Below are positions 38,866 through 52,315 of a stretch of DNA of 64,000 bases, piece by piece (within the stretch, counting starts at the first letter, position 1; the number at the start of each line of letters is the position of its first letter). Position numbers and translations under genes: made by a program. This DNA comes from Octopus sinensis (Eukaryota): contig NC_043021.1 of assembly GCF_006345805.1 (NCBI RefSeq), positions 7,812,001 through 7,876,000 of the forward strand, given 5' to 3'. The notes below the pieces were generated by a model. It saw nothing but the letters and a program-made list of their open reading frames with translations. It was not told the origin of the DNA and made no database searches.

Positions 38866-39176
38866 GGAGGCGCAATGGCACAGTGGTTTGGGCAGCGGAC
38901 TCACGGTTGTAGGATTGCAGTTTCAATTCCCAGACCGGATGTTGTGAGTGTTTATTGAGCGAAAACACCTCAAGCTCCATGCGACTCCGGCAGGGAGGGG
39001 TGGCGATCCCTGCTGTACTCTTTTGCCACACCTTTCTCTCACTCTTTCTTCTGTTGGCCTGCTCGCTTAGCCAGCAGGGTAGCGTCATTTGAAGGCTAAA
39101 ACAATGTGAAGTGCATTGTGGCCAGCGATGTGTAGCAACATCTGATAGCCTGGTCGGTCATGGTGATCACGGTGAT
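38866..39176 (+). mobile_element. SINE family C, tail C1, embedded in (TA)n
   Basis: Homologous to 7313-7615. Confidence 0.88.
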
Positions 39177-39971
39177 ATATATATATATAAAACAAAATAA
39201 AATAATACAAGATGCACTGAGAATTGAATTTTTGTGCTTTTTCTTTGCACGCATACGATTAAAAATTTGTAAATGCATTCTGCCTCTGAGTCTATCCTAT
39301 TGATTTTAGATTTCCAACTCATCAACTCTCAATCAATATTAATGGTGATGAATCAAATTTCTCCATTGGTCTGCCGGTCCAACCAACAAAGACTAAAAAA
39401 AAAAAAAAAAAAAAAAAAAAAACTAGGAAATCAACTTATGGATGAGTTAAGAGTGCAACAAACACTAGCTGGAAATAACAGTAATAAAACCAGTGCCCCC
39501 GCCCCCTGCCCACCACGTGACCAACATTTGTTGTAAGCCATACAATACAACCAATACAATTACTCGTGAGGATTTCTCCTATAGTTCACAGTTATATTAT
39601 TCTGAAATCACAAAGTGGTTGAGAAGATAACAATGTAACGAAAAACAAACAAACAAACACACAGAAAACTGTGAACATGAATTTTTACAAATTTTCTTTT
39701 TTTCTGGTTCTAAGACTACTCAATATTCTGCAAATATTGAAATATCCAGTTCTTACATCTTCTAATGTTTCATGTGAAATATATGAAGAAATTATTACAG
39801 TATGGATAATAACAGAATGATAATAGAAAGACAAGACACTGACATAAAGCGGGAATTGTGATAATATAGAATTACACAAGGAAAATTATACTGAGTGTAG
39901 ATATCTGCTTGTTGAAGTCATTGGACTGTGGCTATGCTGGGGCACCACTTCAAATAAATTGACCCCAATGG

Positions 39972-40354
39972 AAGCACTCCGTTGGTTCCGACGACGAGGG
40001 TTCCGGTTGATCCGATCAACGGAACAGCCTGCTCGTGAAATTAACGTGTAAGTGGCTGAGCACTCCACAGACACGTGTACCCTTAACGTAGTTCTCGGGG
40101 ATATTCAGCGTGACACAGAGAGTGACAAGGCCGGCCCTTTGAAATACAGGTACAACAGAAACAGGAAGTAAGAGAGAGAGAGAGAGTTGTGGTGAAAGAG
40201 TACAGCAGGGATCACCACCATCCCCTGCCGGAGCCTCGTGGAGCTTTAGGTGTTTTCGCTCAATAAACACTCATAACGCCCGGTCTGGGAATCGAAACCG
40301 CGATCCTCCGACTGCGAGTCCGCTGCCCTAACCACTGGGCCATTGCGCCTCCAC
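39972..40354 (-). mobile_element. SINE family C, tail C2, full length and young
   Basis: CpG-rich, intact head gtggaggcgcaatggcccagtggttagggcagcggactcgcagtcgg. Confidence 0.9.
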
Positions 40355-40539
40355 ATTGACCCCAATACTGAAGAGAACTGAAGCAATTAAACTGGAATAT
40401 CTGTTCTACTTGAAGTACAATGTGTGTGCATTGTGAGTGCAACACCAAATATGAACAGACTGTCAACAGAGGAAATATACGGGATTATCTAAACCTATCC
40501 TTAAGTACTTTTATACTAATGAATACTATATCTGTTTCT

Positions 40540-41325
40540 TATTTCTATATTGTCCACAAGGGGCTAAACATGGAGGGGACAAACAAGGATAGAAAAAGGG
40601 ATTAAGTCGATTATATCGACCCCAGTGTGTAACTGGTACTTAATTTATCGACCCCGAAAAGATGAAAGGCAAAGTCGACCTCGGCGGAATTTGAACTCAG
40701 AATGTAACAACAGACGAAATACCTATTTCTTTACTACCCATAAGGAGCTAAACATAGATAGAACAAACAAAGACAGACAAAGGGATTAAGTAGATTATAT
40801 CAACCCCAGTGTGTAACTGGTACTTAATTTATCGACCCTGAAAAGATGAAAGGCAAAGTCGACCTCGGCGGAATTTGAACTCAGAACGTAACAGCAGACG
40901 AACTACCTATTTCTTTACTACCCACAAGGGACTAAACATAGAGGGAACAAACAAGGACAGACAAAGGGATTAAGTCGATTATATCATCCCCAGTGCGTAA
41001 TTGGTACTTAATTTATCGACCCCGAAAAGATGAAAGGCAAAGTCAACCTCGGCGGAATTTGAACTCAGAATGTAACAGCAGACGAAATACCTATTTCTTT
41101 ACTACCCACAAGGGACTAAACACAGAGGGGACAAACAAGGACAGACAAACGGATTACGTCGACTACATCGACCCCAGTGCGTAACTGGTACTTAATTTAT
41201 CGACCCTGAAAGGATGAAAGGCAAAGTCGACCTCGGCGGAATTTGAACTCAGAACGCAACGAACAGCAGACGAAATACCACTAAGCATTTCACCCGGCGT
41301 GCTAACGTTTCTGCCAGCTCGCCAC
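40540..41325 (-). mobile_element. SINE B1 tetramer: one full unit plus three head-less units (period about 184 bp)
   Basis: Junction aaagaaatag|gta(t/g)ttcgtctg at 41090/1, 40906/7 and 40722/3. Confidence 0.92.
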
Positions 41326-41476
41326 TATATCTGTTTCTTGCAGCATCATTCTACTACAAATATAACTACCAATGCAATACTGTTAGACTAGCTTTGGATT
41401 AACTTACCATGCCAATAAATTATGTGAACTCATCCATAAAATTCATCTCAGCAACCACATTTCCATTCTTCCTTAA

Positions 41477-41667
41477 TCCTTTAGAATTTAAACTGGCCAT
41501 ATCCAACCCAAATATTCTACTGGTTTTATATTGAATTCAACCAAATCCAGCCTCTCACACTTACCCTACAATGTCATGCTGAAAATAAAACATCACATAA
41601 TCAAAATCTCAACGCTACAAGACAATAAATGATTACTTGAAAGCAGAGCAATTTGAATGCTAAAGGG
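41477..41667. mobile_element. piggyBac-like MITE family 2, opposite orientation, decayed
   Basis: TTAA at 41473-41476 and 41668-41671; homologous to the reverse complement of 37780-38001. Confidence 0.75.
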
Positions 41668-41866
41668 TTAAAATATACCCAGGTAAAGTAATGTTATGCC
41701 ATGATTCAAGGTCTTCTTATTATTTCTGGGATTATTCCATGTTTGCTTTTTGCCGAAGGGGCAAAATGTCTGTGACTTTGAAATATCGGCTGATCATACA
41801 GAAGGGTTTTCCAACATTATAATGGATTCAGAAAATTTTGCAATATCTCTGAGTAGCTCCCACAGT

Positions 41867-42272
41867 TTACTCTTTTACTTGTTTCAGTCATTTGACTGCG
41901 GCCATGCTGGAGCACTGCCTTTTTAGTCGAGTAAATCAACCCCAGGACTTATTCTTTGTAAGCCTAGTACTTATTCTATCAGTCTCTTTTACTGAACCGC
42001 TAAGTTACGGGGACGTAAACACACCACCATCGGTTGTCAAGTAATGGTGCGGGGACAAACACAGACACAAAAACATATACACACACATTTTTATATATAT
42101 ATATATATACGACGGGCTTCTTTCAGTTTCCATCTACCAAATCCACTCACAAGGCTTTGGTCGGCCCAAGGCTATAACAGAAGACACTAGCCCAAGGTGC
42201 CACGCAGTGGGAATGAACTCGGAACCACATGGTTGGTAAGCAAGCTACTTACCACACAGCCACTCCTGCACC
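41867..42272 (-). mobile_element. SINE family A, full length
   Basis: Homology to other A copies. Confidence 0.9.
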
Positions 42273-42489
42273 TGTTTCTGAATGGGGCTAAACACATCTC
42301 CAGTGTTTATTTCATGTGCATTTCACAAAATACTGCTGTTATCTGATTTCTTTAACAAATCCATTTTCAAGTGCATTGATATAAATGTTTGCTTAATTCG
42401 GAAACATTTTACACTATCATTAGTTGCTAAGCATTTGGCAGATACAAAAGGAAAAAAAAAAGTAAAGTATTACACAAGACTTTGTAGGT

Positions 42490-42965
42490 TATTGGCTGTG
42501 TAGTCAAGAACTGTTTCCTGACCACATGGTTTTGGGTTCAGTTCCACAGCATGGCACCCTGGACAAGTGTCTTCTACTATAGCCCTGGGACAACCAAAGC
42601 CTTGTGAATGGGTTTAGTAGACAGTAACTAAAAGAAGCCTATATCATATGTATGTGTGTGTGAATGTGTGTATGTTTGTATTTTCTTGTCTTGACGTTGC
42701 ATGGTAGCTGTAAATGAGTGTCACTGTTATACAAGCAGCATCATTCATTTCCACTCTTCTGCGAAAACATATCTGGCCATGGGGGAATATTATCTAACTT
42801 GGAAACAGGTGAAGGTTGACGACAAGGGCATCAACAGGTGAAGGTTGACAACAAAAAGGGCATCAAGCCATAGAAAATTTGCCTCAGTAAGCTGTTTGAT
42901 TCATGAAAGCATGGAAAAGTAGATATTAAACTACAGGCAATGGTTGCAGCAGATAACAATGATGA
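42490..42965 (+). mobile_element. Older SINE with A-type head and body and F-type (RTE-UTR-like) tail
   Basis: Matches A up to the microsatellite, then diverges into tcttgac..aaacatatctggccatggg..aagggcatc..gcatggaaaagtagatattaaac and a gat tail. Confidence 0.75.
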
Positions 42966-43744
42966 TGATTATTATTATTATTGAGTGAAAAAGCAATTCA
43001 TACCATCAAAGTGATACAGGGTACAAATATACAAAGCCCAATATACCCATCATGACTACCCGTCTGATAAGGGCACACCAGGCACATGCATCACAACCTT
43101 ATGTGGCTACATGGTTATCTCATATCAAGGTAAACAGCACATGATCTTGCAGGTGGGTCCAGTTAGAATTTTCTTTGGGTTGAGTAGCCCATCCTGCTTA
43201 AAGAGCCTTGAATAAGATTCATTTAAGGATGATAAATAAAACACCATGTTTCCAGAGGTGAATTATACAGATCCAAAAGAATCCCTCTCTACACATGGCT
43301 ATGATGCTCCCCCACTTCTCCTGCTTGCGATCAGAGAGACACACATATCATCACCCACTAAGGGACATGCTCAACTAGTTAAGGTCAAACAATTGTCAAG
43401 CAAATCTGTGGTACTGAACAGAATATTAGCTGTAGCCCATCTTTTACACCAAGACAAAACAGTTAAGATTAGAGGCCATGAGAGCCACTGCCTGGTACTG
43501 CATTCATCTTCTTCTTATTATTATTATCATTATTATTTATATTATGAAGTATGTCAATGGCATTGGCAGTTCATCATTCCTCTTTAAGTTATTGCAAATA
43601 CAAAGAACAACTGAAGCAGAATGGCACAATTGGTAACTCAAACTTATATTGCATGTTCCACTTGCTAGAAACTTACCAACATTCAGTAGTAGTCACACTT
43701 AGCAAAGACATATTCAGAAATAAAGAACAAGGAAAAATAATCCT

Positions 43745-43953
43745 TTCTACTATAAACACAAGGCCTGAAATGTCAGGGAGGGAGCAAGTCAATTATATCA
43801 ACCCAGTACATGACTGGTACTTATTTTATCGACCCCAAAAGGATGAAAGGCAAAGTCGACCTCGGTGGAATTTGAACTCAGAATGTAAAGATGGACAAAT
43901 TACTGTGAAGCATTTAGTCCAGCATATTAATGATTCTGCAAGCTCACCACCTT
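43745..43953 (-). mobile_element. SINE B2, old
   Basis: Homology to 10825-11018. Confidence 0.8.
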
Positions 43954-44286
43954 AGTAATAGGTAAAATATAAGCAATAGCGAAAATACTTAGGGACACAC
44001 CAAACTTAATACAGAAAAGATATAAACAAAGGATACCAAACACAGAATAAGATTACTAATGGGAATTAGCAGTCAGCCAGCAAACTAAAATTCTGCCAAA
44101 CAGACGGAGATGTCTAATAATTCAAGATTATGGATGCCTAACATGTGTCTGGGGTGAATATTTAATCTACAATTAATTGCATTGTTGTGGCTTTCTACAT
44201 CACTACATTTGGGTTTTATTTTATATTCTGCGTGGCACGTGACTAGTTTGTTAGGGTATTTGGCTCACAATCATAAGGTTAATTAT

Positions 44287-44809
44287 AGGCATAGGAGTGG
44301 CTATGTAGTAAGTAGTTTGCTTACAAACCACATGGTTCCGGGTTCAGTCCCACTGTGTGGCACCTTGGGTAAGTGTCTTCTACTATAGCCTCTGGCCGAC
44401 CAAAGCCTTGTGAGTGGATTTGGTAGATGGAAACTGAAAGAAGTCCGTCGTATATATGTATATGTATGTATGTGTGTGTGTATGTGTGTTTGTATGTCTG
44501 TGTTTGTCCCCAACATCGCTTGACAACCAATGCTGGTGTGTTTACATTCCCATAGCTTAGCAGTTCGGCAAAAGAGACTGATAGAATAAGTACTAGGCTT
44601 ACAAAGAGTAAGTCTTGGGGTCGATTTGCTCGACTAAAAGCGTTGCTCCAGCATGGCCACAGTGAAATGGCTGAAACAAATATATATATATTTTACTCTT
44701 TTACTTGTTTCAGCCATTTCACTGTGGCCATGCTGGAGCACCACCTTTAGTCGCGCAAATTGACCCCAAGACTTACTCTTTGTAAGCCTAGTACTTATTC
44801 TATAGGTCT

Positions 44810-44859
<50 letters not shown>

Positions 44860-44900
44860 ATGGGCTTCTTTCAGTTTCCATCTACCAAATCCACTTACAT
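44287..44900. mobile_element. Tail-to-tail SINE A pair (44287-44680 +, 44692-44900 - partial)
   Basis: Homology to A in both orientations. Confidence 0.85.
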
Positions 44901-45332
44901 GGCTGCAGTCAATGACTCAAACAAGTAAAAAGATGTATGCATGCCTGTGTGAGTGTGTGTGTGTAAGCGTGTGTATGTTATATCAGGAAAAATATTATTC
45001 AAATCTTTTTATTACTCTTAAATAAACACAATATATTTTTAGTACATCAAGTAGTTTATCAGTTGACAAAACAAACCAAGTGTGTACCACTATGCTTTGG
45101 CTGCATTACATTAGGCCTTAGTTTGTTTATTTGCCTGTTTATCAATTGCGTGTTTACCAGGCGCAGGAGTGGCCGTGTGGTAAGAAGCTTGCTTCCCAAC
45201 CACGTGGTTCCACGTTAAGACCCACTGTATGGCACCTTGGGCAAGTGTCTTCTACAATAGCCTCAGGCTAAGCAAAGCCCTGTGAGTGGATTTGGTAGAT
45301 GGAAACTGAAAGACGCCCATCATATATATATA

Positions 45333-45377
<45 letters not shown>

Positions 45378-45840
45378 ATGGGCTTCTTTCAGTTTCCATC
45401 TACCAAATCCACTTACATGGCTGCAGTCAATGACTCAAACAAGTAAAAAGATGTATGCATGCCTGTGTGAGTGTGTGTGTGTAAGCGTGTGTATGTTATA
45501 TCAGGAAAAATATTATTCAAATCTTTTTATTACTCTTAAATAAACACAATATATTTTTAGTACATCAAGTAGTTTATCAGTTGACAAAACAAACCAAGTG
45601 TGTACCACTATGCTTTGGCTGCATTACATTAGGCCTTAGTTTGTTTATTTGCCTGTTTATCAATTGCGTGTTTACCAGGCGCAGGAGTGGCCGTGTGGTA
45701 AGAAGCTTGCTTCCCAACCACGTGGTTCCACGTTAAGACCCACTGTATGGCACCTTGGGCAAGTGTCTTCTACAATAGCCTCAGGCTAAGCAAAGCCCTG
45801 TGAGTGGATTTGGTAGATGGAAACTGAAAGACGCCCATCA
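44858..45840. repeat. Apparently identical tandem duplication of a 465-bp unit (44858-45322, 45376-45840) separated by (TA)n
   Basis: Read side by side I found no differences; period 518 bp. Confidence 0.92.
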
Positions 45841-46589
45841 TATATATATATATAATTTATATATATATATAAGGAGTATATATATATATATAATAAGGAA
45901 TAAATATTCAAAATTGAATATTTATCAATAATATTAGTACACCAACTTGTTCTACAGGTATGTACGTATTTGTAGTGTGTGTCACGTATACTTCAAAGGA
46001 AGAAGTGAGTGGCAAAGCGAGATGAGGACAAAGAGGAAGTAAGACAGAAAGAGAGAGAGAGAGAGAGAGAGTGAGAGAGAGTGAAAGAGACAGTGAGTGG
46101 TGACAGCATTCATTCCATGGTACCTTGGGCAAGTGTCTTCTACTATAGTCTCAGGCCTTGTGAGTGGATTTCATGGATGGAAACATCTCCTCCATATACC
46201 CGTGTTTCACCAGTCACTGTATTCTCCATCCCCACACTCTTTACATTCATGTGAAGTCCCTACACCCTACTCATGTACCCTTGGCAATACTCTACCATCC
46301 CATTTATATTCTGATCCCCATAATTTGAGAGTATGCTCAGGCACCTCGCCATTATCTAACTTTCTCTTGCTCTACTCTACCACCCCATTTGTATTCTGAT
46401 CCCCTATACTTGAGAGCATACCCTGGCACTTCACCACCATCTCTCTCCAGCTCTCTCTTGCACACTCACCCTCATTTTCTTCTACTTGTTTTCTCATTTG
46501 CGACCACTCACTCTCTCTTGCTCTCACCCTCTGATTGGGCAACCCTGTATCTCCTCTACAGCAACACACCTGTTTCTGTAAAAACTATG

Positions 46590-46790
46590 CCAAAACAGGC
46601 CTTGCCGGAGCCAGTGCCATATAAAAGGCACTCAATCCAATCTGTAAGGTGGTTGGTGTTAGGAAGGGCAGCTAACTATAAAAACCTTGCCAAAACAGAC
46701 AGCAAAGCTTGGTGCAGCCTTCTGCCTAGCAAACCCCTGTCCAACCGAAACCAGCATGGAAAATGGACGTTAAATGATGATGATGATATA
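46590..46790 (+). mobile_element. RTE 3' UTR copy, old
   Basis: ggtgttaggaagggca..ggacgttaaatgatgatgatg. Confidence 0.7.
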
Positions 46791-47539
46791 TATGTGTGTG
46801 TGTGTGTGTATGTACACACATACAACAGGTCTCTACCTATCAAATTCCACTTACAAAGTATTAGTTAGTCCAAGGATAGGGTACAAGACATCTAGCCCAA
46901 GGTGCTGTAAGGTGGAATCAGACCCCCAAAACAAACTTTTTAATCACACGGCCATGACTGTGCAGAATAGGAACCACCATTTTAAAAGAGGGATTTGTTG
47001 TTTAATTATTTGCCAACTCATAAAAAATTATAAAACCATGAAAGTAAATTTGTGCATTATAAATGATCTAGCAGAAACCAATTCTGCATTGCATATATGG
47101 AACAAACACTTCTCATATCTATATAGTTCAGCTTATGAATGACTGTTTTTAAAAAAATTTGTATTTTATTTATTTATTTATTTGTTTATTTATTGCATTA
47201 TGCTTGCTGGATAAGATAACAACAATGTTCACATTTATCACTAAAACCATTTACAGATTTGAGTTTTAACATCATGTATGAAAGTACAGCACTTATTTTC
47301 TTTACTATCAATCATGGAAAAAAAAAAATGTTTTCTCGTTGAGAGACATTCAGTAAAATTGTTTATTATGCTTAGTCCATTTCTGTATAATGCATTGTGA
47401 TTCATGACCACACTGATAAGATTTCACTTGGATAAGTTCAAGTAGAGAGCATGAGTCACTAGCATATACAATACATTACCTTGCAAGCTAGTTTAATGCT
47501 TGACTGTGTTCTGTTTTTTTTTTGTTTTTTTCCTCCCCA

Positions 47540-47892
47540 TCTTCTACTTTTTCAGTCATTGAACTGCAGCTATGCAGGGACACCACCTTCAAGGATTTAG
47601 TCAAACAAATTAACTTCAGTATTTATTTTTTAAAGTCTGGTATTGATCTTGTTTTCAAAACTGCTAAACTAGAGAGATGTAAACAAGTTAACACTGGGTG
47701 TCAAGCAGTGGTGGACACACGGACACACACACACACACATAATGGGCTTCCACAGAGTTTCTGTCTACGAAATTCACTCACAAAGTATTGTCTGGTTTGT
47801 GGTTATAGTAGAAGACACTTGCCCCAGGTGCTGTACAGTGGGACTGAACCCTAAACCATCTGGTTGACAAATGAGCTTCTTAACCACAGCCA
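47540..47892 (-). mobile_element. SINE family A, old subfamily
   Basis: Diverged homology to A. Confidence 0.7.
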
Positions 47893-48409
47893 AGTGTTTA
47901 GATTTTTGTGTCCGATGTTTTAACAAGATAATTTCTTGTTGTTTACGTAAAATTTTCAATAGGTTCAGATATCAACTTATATACACCATCATATAAAGTG
48001 TTCATTTCAGAATTGTTAGAGCATCAGACACTTGTCCAAAGCACCATATGGTGGGACTGAATGGAACACCATTTGGTTGAGAAGCAAGATCCTTAGCCAC
48101 ACACACACATATTTTATCTGGTTCTCCATCAACTACAATGACAAGAGTTCCAGATGATCCACTCAACAGAACAGCCTGCTCATGAAATTAACATGTGAGT
48201 GGCACTCCACAGACACAAGTACCCTTAATGTAGTTCTCATGGGGATTCAGCGTGATACAGAATTTTTGCCAGTGAAGTGGACTGGAGCAATGTGAAATAA
48301 AGTGTATTGCTCAAGGACACAATGCATCGCTAGGTATTGAACCCATAATCGTATTATCATGAGCTGAATACATGCTTGTACAACTCTCACCAACCACTCA
48401 TCTATTCCT

Positions 48410-48850
48410 AGTTTCCACATTGACCACCAGATAAGGTATTGGGGGACCTTTCAAAGGCTTTCTCCATGTCAACGAAAGCCAAGTACAGAGGTTTATCTTT
48501 GTCTAGGAATTGTTCCTGCATCTTTACCCAAAGCCAGGAACTTTTCAGCAACCCCTCATATGTCTACTTAGAGTACTCTCCTCCTTCTCTCTCTCTCTCT
48601 CTCTCTCTGTCCCATGCATCTTTCTCATTCAGTAATATGTTTGCATTTCTATACCTCTCTCTTTTCAGCATCAGTGAGGGCATACACCAATCATTACAGG
48701 TGCACTTCTCCCCAACAACATCCTGATTCGTATGATCAGAACTTTACAATTCAAACCACCTCATAACTTTGCCCCTCATATTGCAGAATATTGGCAAAAC
48801 CTCTCAGTTTCTGCTTCTCCCTTTGCTAACATCTCAGCTGAAACATCATC
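48410..48850 (-). mobile_element. RTE LINE internal fragments (RT motif and linker), decayed
   Basis: 48410-48522 reads MQEQFLDKDKPLYLAFVDMEKAFER (RT motif LxLAFVDxEKAFD); 48660-48850 has an EAETERFAN linker-like stretch. Confidence 0.75.
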
Positions 48851-48929
48851 CGATGATTGCATCAGTATGAAACTCAAAATACTCACACAGTAGTCAATTC
48901 AAACATCATCAATCTCATTATCATATTTA

Positions 48930-49380
48930 AATTTAATATCCATGATCCATACTGGCATGGGTTGGATGGTTTGACGAAATTTGATGGGCCCAAGGACTGC
49001 ATCATGCTTCATTGTCTGCTTTGGCATGGATCCTGCACCTGGATGCCCATCCTAATGATAACCACTTTACAACATGTATTGGGTGCTTTTCTCATATTAC
49101 CAGCACTAGTGAGACCACCATGAAAAAATAGCACCCAGAACAACATAATTGATAACCGGTACTGGTGCCACCTGAAAAGGACTCGTGCTGGTGCCACGTT
49201 AAAAACACTCAGTACACTCTATGGAGTGGTTGGCATTAGGAAAGGCATCCAGCCATAGAAGCCATGCCAGAACAGACAATGGAGCCTGGTCCAGCCCCTG
49301 GCCTTACCAGCTCCAGTCAAACCATCCAACCTATGCCAGCATGAAAAACAGATTTTAAATGATGATGACGATGATGATCT
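48930..49380. mobile_element. Head-to-head pair of old RTE 3' UTR copies (48930-49110 -, 49150-49380 +)
   Basis: Diverged homology to the UTR in both orientations. Confidence 0.7.
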
Positions 49381-49625
49381 AATTGACATATTAAATAACC
49401 TTTATATTTTTCATAAATATTATATTTTTCATAAATATTGCAAGCAATAAACCAATCTGTCTATCTGTTTGTCTATGTATGTATCTATGTATGTATGCAT
49501 CTATCTAATTATAAACTATGTTCCAAAAGTAAAAATGATGTTATTTTTAGCAGGTTGCTACAAATTTTCAGTGTTATACTATATTTTAGTTGCTGAGATA
49601 TCATAATCTTAGTAGCGATACTTAC

Positions 49626-49740
49626 CAAGGATAACCTTCCACTCTTGCCCACACAAGTGAACCTTCTGTGTAACGGGTAAAAATAAATTCTTCATCACAA
49701 TAGTCTATCTCTGGTATGGAACAGTCATTTTGAGTAGCAT
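49626..49740 (-). CDS. ZCWPW1: Coding exon, end of zf-CW and start of PWWP ([D]ATQNDCSIPEIDYCDEEFIFTRYTEGSLVWARVEGYP[W])
   Basis: 115 nt; acceptor tttttcttacccccag, donor gtaagt; phase 1 to phase 2, matching both neighbours; supplies the 4th zinc Cys (NDCSIPE) and GSLVWARVEGYPW. Confidence 0.93.
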
Positions 49741-50374
49741 CTGGGGGTAAGAAAAAGGAATAATTAAAACATACTTGAAAATTACTCTGTGGTGAGGAAA
49801 AGACAATAACAGCTCTATATTAATTTTTTTGAGGTACAGGAGATAACTTTGGACATGCTTCTATCTTATTAGAACTCATCTACAAAGAGAATTCATTACA
49901 CTTGCTGAAGTACTGATGTATGTCTGTATCTTTCTATTAATGGAATTTATATTGACTAGTGTTACCTGTATATAAATGCAAAAGCTATCTTTGATCTATT
50001 GCAGGTATGGTACTCATTTTTCATATTCAGGTAAAGCAGGCACATAATTTTCGGTGACCTAGTGTGTGATATGACTGCAGTAAACATGAAGTAATATTTT
50101 ATCCACACACCACTCTCCTCTCTCTACCATGTAATATGTGACAGTTTGATGTGTCAATGCTTCAAACAGATAAAATCTGTTTGAAGTTTTATTATGCAGA
50201 CAGCTACAAATGACCGAGTCAGTACAGTTGATAGATTATCACAAGTGTAGCCAAGTGCCCGTTTCTAGGACACTTAAGTATCAAATGACCCAGTCAACAA
50301 AGATATAAAAGGGACATTGTGAATAGGCCCAGTCCATAACAGTAATTAGGAAGAGCATTAATATTATTAATTAA

Positions 50375-50826
50375 GGTGGCAAGCTGGCAGAACTGTTAGC
50401 ACGCCGGGCGAAATGCGTAGCCGTATTTCGTCTGCCGTTACGTTCTGAGTTCAAATTCCGCCGAGGTCCACTATGCCTTTCATCCTTTCGGGGTCGATAA
50501 ATTAAGTACCAGTTACGCACTGGGGTCGATGTAATCGACTTAATTCGTTTGTCTGCCTTTGTTTGTCCCCTCTATGTTTAGCCCCTTGTGGGTAATAAAG
50601 AACCATATATTATTAATTTCAAATTTTGGCACAATGCCAGCAATTTTGGGGAGGGGATAAGTTAATTACATTTGCCCCCAGTGCTCAACTGGTACTTAGT
50701 TTATCGACCTCAAAAGGATGAAAGGCAAAGGCAACCACAGTGGAATTTGAACTCAGAAGGTAAGGAGAGATAAAATGCTGCTAAACAGTTTACCTGGTGT
50801 ACTAACAATTCTGCCAGCTCGTCACC
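50375..50826. mobile_element. SINE B1 (50375-50603, +) adjacent to an older B2 (50615-50826, -)
   Basis: atattattaatt flanks B1 on both sides (probable TSD). Confidence 0.88.
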
Positions 50827-51397
50827 TTACTATATTATTGACAAGTGTTTCATATGCTTGTGGTACTGAGTTCAAATTCTCTACTAAATATTTCATGCAG
50901 ATACCCTACTCAAAGATGCAGGCTCTTACTGGTGAGAAAACTCACTTCTTAAAAGACAGAGTATCATGTTCACAGAGACACATATAAATGTAGTTTCTTA
51001 AAAAACATATACCATGTTTTTTCCCAAACAAAAAAGTCTCAAAAAAATCACACCAGATCCCATATGCAAAGCAGGGTTTCCCCCAAGCTAATTTCGTCCC
51101 TGTCACTCACTACTATAGGCTAATATTAAACAAGACAGATTTTTCTACTTTGCTTGACTTTTTGCTTTATGTTCAGCCGTACTGCTAACTTACTTTTTTT
51201 TTATAATGTCTTCTGCTAAAGATATAGTATTTTTGTAATGTTTTGTAAAGTAATGCTACATTGCTTTAATGTGCCAAAACCATTTTTCCCCCCTGAATAT
51301 GTGCTGCAGAAATTAGGGTGCATCTAATATGCCCATGCATCTTTTATGCCATCAAATATGGTAATACCATTTGTGACTAAAACACATTATCAAATCT

Positions 51398-51740
51398 TTT
51401 ATCTTTTGCTTGTTTCATTCATTGGATTGTGTCCATGCTGGGGCACCACCCTTGAAGGATTTTTATTTGAACAAATCAACCTCGGTACTTTAAGCCAAGT
51501 ACTTATTCTATTGGTCTCTTTTGCTGAACCACTAAGTCATAGGGGCACAAACAAACCAACATCAGTTGTCAGGCAGTGTTGGGGAACAAACACAGGGACA
51601 CGTACACAATTGCATAGGCTTCTTTCAGTTTCCATCTACCAAATCCATTCATAAGGCTATGGTTGGCGTGAGGCTATAATAGAAGACACTTGCTAAGGTG
51701 CCAGAGCCATGTGGAAAATTTTGTACCACATAACCATGCC
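51398..51740 (-). mobile_element. SINE family A, old subfamily
   Basis: Diverged homology to A. Confidence 0.7.
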
Positions 51741-51749
51741 TCTCTACTA

Positions 51750-52315
51750 TTGGGTTGTCCGGAAAGTTCGTGCCAATTTATAGTAGCTTACCTTTCGACT
51801 TATTTTAGAACATGGTTGAGTCCATAAAATAGGATTTGACTACACCTCCATTTAGAGCACAGTTTAAGCTATCTTTTCGTGGAAGAACGTTTATATTCCT
51901 ATAACCTGTGTTAATTATGTAACCCTTTAAAATGGAAGACAAGAAAGTTCATTTTTGGCATGTGATGCTTTGGGAACCAGAAAAAAATTGCTGCAGCTCG
52001 GCTGGGATGTGTTACCCTACCCTCCATATTCACCAGACATTGCTCCTTTGGATTTCCACTTATTCAGGTCTCTGCAGAATAGTCTTAATGGTAAAAATTT
52101 CAATTCCTTGGATGATGTAAAAAGATACCTTGATGAATTCTTTGCCATGAAACCAACTCAATTCTGAGAAGAGGGTATTTTTCAAGTTAAAGGAAAGATG
52201 GAGACGCATTTTGCAACAAAATGGTTCATATTTGGTGATTAAAAATGTAATGGCAAGTATTTATTGACCTTTTTCTTTCCTTTAAAAATCGGCACAAACT
52301 TTCCAGACAACCCAA
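51750..52315 (+). mobile_element. Internally deleted mariner element (566 bp), mellifera-subfamily-like
   Basis: TA TSD (51748-49, 52316-17); 30-bp TIR ttgggttgtccggaaagttcgtgccaattt with 3 mismatches; N-terminus MEDKKVHFWHVML fused to C-terminus LGWDVLPYPPYSPDIAPLDFHLFRSLQNSLNGKNF (YSPDxAPxD motif). Confidence 0.92.

Noticed and set aside
40270-40354. tRNA-like sequences at SINE heads (families A, B, C, G)
   Set aside because: They have A/B boxes but continue into SINE bodies, and I could not fold a complete cloverleaf with acceptor stem; not called as tRNA genes.
40540-41325. Regularly spaced repeats that could suggest a CRISPR array (also 13648-14301, 60776-61370)
   Set aside because: Units are ~180-bp whole-unit repeats with no unique spacers, in eukaryotic DNA; they are SINE multimers.
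42965-43510. Probable interspersed repeat with (aat)n tail on the minus strand
   Set aside because: Single copy in the window and no diagnostic motif I can name with confidence.
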